From Octopus sinensis (Eukaryota), in contig NC_043015.1 in assembly GCF_006345805.1 (NCBI RefSeq), positions 16,988,001-17,052,000 of the forward strand: 64,000 bases of DNA. Reading direction: 5' to 3'. Below, piece by piece: positions 62,028 through 64,000 of the stretch (positions are counted from its first letter, which is position 1; each line of letters begins with the position of its first letter). Position numbers and translations under genes: made by a program. The notes beneath the pieces were generated by a model that saw nothing but the letters and a program-made list of their open reading frames with translations, was not told where the DNA came from and did not search any database.

Positions 62028-62090
62028 CATATGTATATATATATACATATGTATATATATGTATATATATATATATATGTATATATATAT
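61602..62090. repeat. (TA)n/(TATG)n microsatellite tract
   Basis: About 490 bp of TA with scattered G; the ORF-track products here are artefacts. Confidence 0.98.
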
Positions 62091-62664
62091 GATTTTGATT
62101 TGATTTTGATTTTTCCAGTTTCAGCTCATGAGCTGTGGCCATGCTGGGGCATATATATATACGTATATATATATGTATGTGTATATATATATATATATAC
62201 AATATATATTATAAACATAGTAAAAAGGGTAATAAAAAAAATTATTATTACCAGTGATATGTAAACATAGTTTTATTTTATTAATTTATTTTATTACTGG
62301 TAATAATAATTTACATATATTATATGTAGAAAAATACAAACTGGGACAAGAACGTAAAACATTTAGAAGACGATACAAAAAACATGGACGGGACATTCGA
62401 AGCATTCAATCTTCAGTCAAGAACCGGATCATCCTTGCAATTTCGGCTAATTAATATTGAGATCGCTCCGAGCCGGCCAGCCCCAAGGAAAAACTAAGCT
62501 ACGAGCATTAGATTTCTTGGAAAAAGGATCGAATGTATACGAAATGAGGACAGAAAAACGGACGATGCCACATGAATATAAATACATAGAACAATAATAG
62601 TAATAACAGGACAAAAACAGCGGGTGTCTTACGACTATAGACAGTGCAACTTAGTTTACCTGGC

Positions 62665-62697
62665 GTATATATACATACATATATATATACATACATA

Positions 62698-62738
<41 letters not shown>

Positions 62739-62815
62739 ATACATATATATATATACATATATATATATACATACATATATATATATACATATATATATAT
62801 ACATACATATATATG

Positions 62816-62846
<31 letters not shown>

Positions 62847-62951
62847 ACATACATATATATATATACATACATATACATACATATATATATACATACATAT
62901 ATATATATATACATACATATATTATATATATACATATATATATATACATAC

Positions 62952-62986
<35 letters not shown>

Positions 62987-63087
62987 CATACATATATATA
63001 TATACATACATATATATATATACATACATATATATATACATACATATATATATACATACATATATATATATATACATACATATATAT

Positions 63088-63130
<43 letters not shown>

Positions 63131-63157
63131 TACATACATACATACATATGTATGTAT

Positions 63158-63199
<42 letters not shown>

Positions 63200-63251
63200 C
63201 ATACATATATGTATATGTATATATATATACATATATATATATGTATATATG

Positions 63252-63293
<42 letters not shown>

Positions 63294-63305
63294 TTATATA
63301 TATTA
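62665..63305. repeat. (TA)n/(TACA)n microsatellite tract
   Basis: About 640 bp of TA/CATA repeats. Confidence 0.98.
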
Positions 63306-64000
63306 ACACTATTTGCGTGTTAATGGAAGTGGCCCCATTGGCTACTACCACCTGACTTCTATCTTTCAGAAAGTCATGAAGCCATTCTCCCAGTTTTCCA
63401 ACTATGCTAAGATCATGCAGTTTGTGACATATCATTCCATGATCGACTTTATCAAAGGCCTTTGCAAAGTCGAGATATATCACTTCCACATTTGAGTGGT
63501 TGAGCAGTCGTTTCAGCACCCAGTCATAGTGTTGTAGGAGCTGAGTTAAGCAGCTTCTTCCTGGACGGAAACCATGTTGGGTGTCAGGCAGCAAGTCATT
63601 TTCTTCAAGGAAGGTGATCAGTTTCCTTCTGACTATTCGTTCCATGACCTTGCTGATGTGTGAGGTCAGAGAGATAGGTCTGTTGTTCTTGGCCTCCGCT
63701 CTGCTACCTCCTTTATGAATAGGGCATATTTTACCTTCCTTCAGTTTTCTTGGAAGTTTGCCAGCTGCAAGGAAGCTCTGAAAGAGGAACTGCAGTGGTC
63801 TTGCTAGGACTCTCTTACATACTTTTAGGAGGATTGCCGGGAATCCATCGGGGCCAGTAGCTGAGTCTGTTTTCATTTCATCTATAGTCTTTATTACATC
63901 GTCTTCCTTTATATCGATGTAATCTATCGTCGCCGCCTCTGATTTTATATCTGCAGTGGTAAAGAAGTCAGTTAGATTGGTGATTTGGAAATGCCCAAGG
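63306..64000 (-). mobile_element. CR1-clade LINE reverse transcriptase fragment running off the window end
   Basis: SATGPDGFP...[18 protein letters not shown]...[15 protein letters not shown]...[14 protein letters not shown]...[13 protein letters not shown]; open frame that breaks at the TA tract. Confidence 0.92.

Noticed and set aside
62380-62430. Third hammerhead-like motif on - (ctgaaga...cgaatgtc)
   Set aside because: GAAA is incomplete and stem II does not pair; too degenerate to call.
61512-63306. Many long Y/I/H/M/C-rich ORFs, including the C-terminal half of the 406-aa ORF
   Set aside because: TA-type microsatellites lack stops in several frames. Only the CR1 RT part (63306-63876) and a short RTE motif are real.
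59190-64000. NDUFAF2 orthologue head-to-head with ERCC8 as in human
   Set aside because: No GNKYY/EWEAW-like coding sequence was found on + in this interval.

Overview
AT-rich, repeat-dense eukaryotic DNA. The gene, SINE and RTE-LINE repertoire and the huge (TA)n tracts suggest an octopus or other cephalopod, but this is inferred. Two genes lie tail-to-tail. (1) The last two coding exons of HDAC3 are on + (2774-2934, 5160-5235). (2) A complete 5-exon ERCC8/CSA gene is on - (59189 to 42562, 1227 nt, 408 aa), with all splice phases reconciled by hand. The rest is transposon-derived: RTE-clade LINEs, a CR1-like LINE, mariner, Tc1, pogo and maT-like DNA transposons, an autonomous-type Helitron remnant, non-autonomous Helitrons, several tRNA-SINE families, MITEs and foldbacks, microsatellites and one 100-N gap. 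Four observations stand out. (a) A 442-bp insertion with a 12-bp TSD joins a Pol III tRNA-like head to a Penelope-type tail carrying a minimal hammerhead-like motif, plus an inverted copy of that tail; it is a candidate PLE-mobilised, ribozyme-bearing SINE. (b) A canonical C4HC3 PHD finger sits inside the reverse-transcriptase domain of the local RTE family. (c) Inverted RTE pairs downstream of HDAC3 include one pair sharing a 10-bp deletion. (d) A double-headed Helitron with captured GC-rich DNA lies about 400 bp upstream of the ERCC8 start codon. No database searches were run; family names come from motif recognition.
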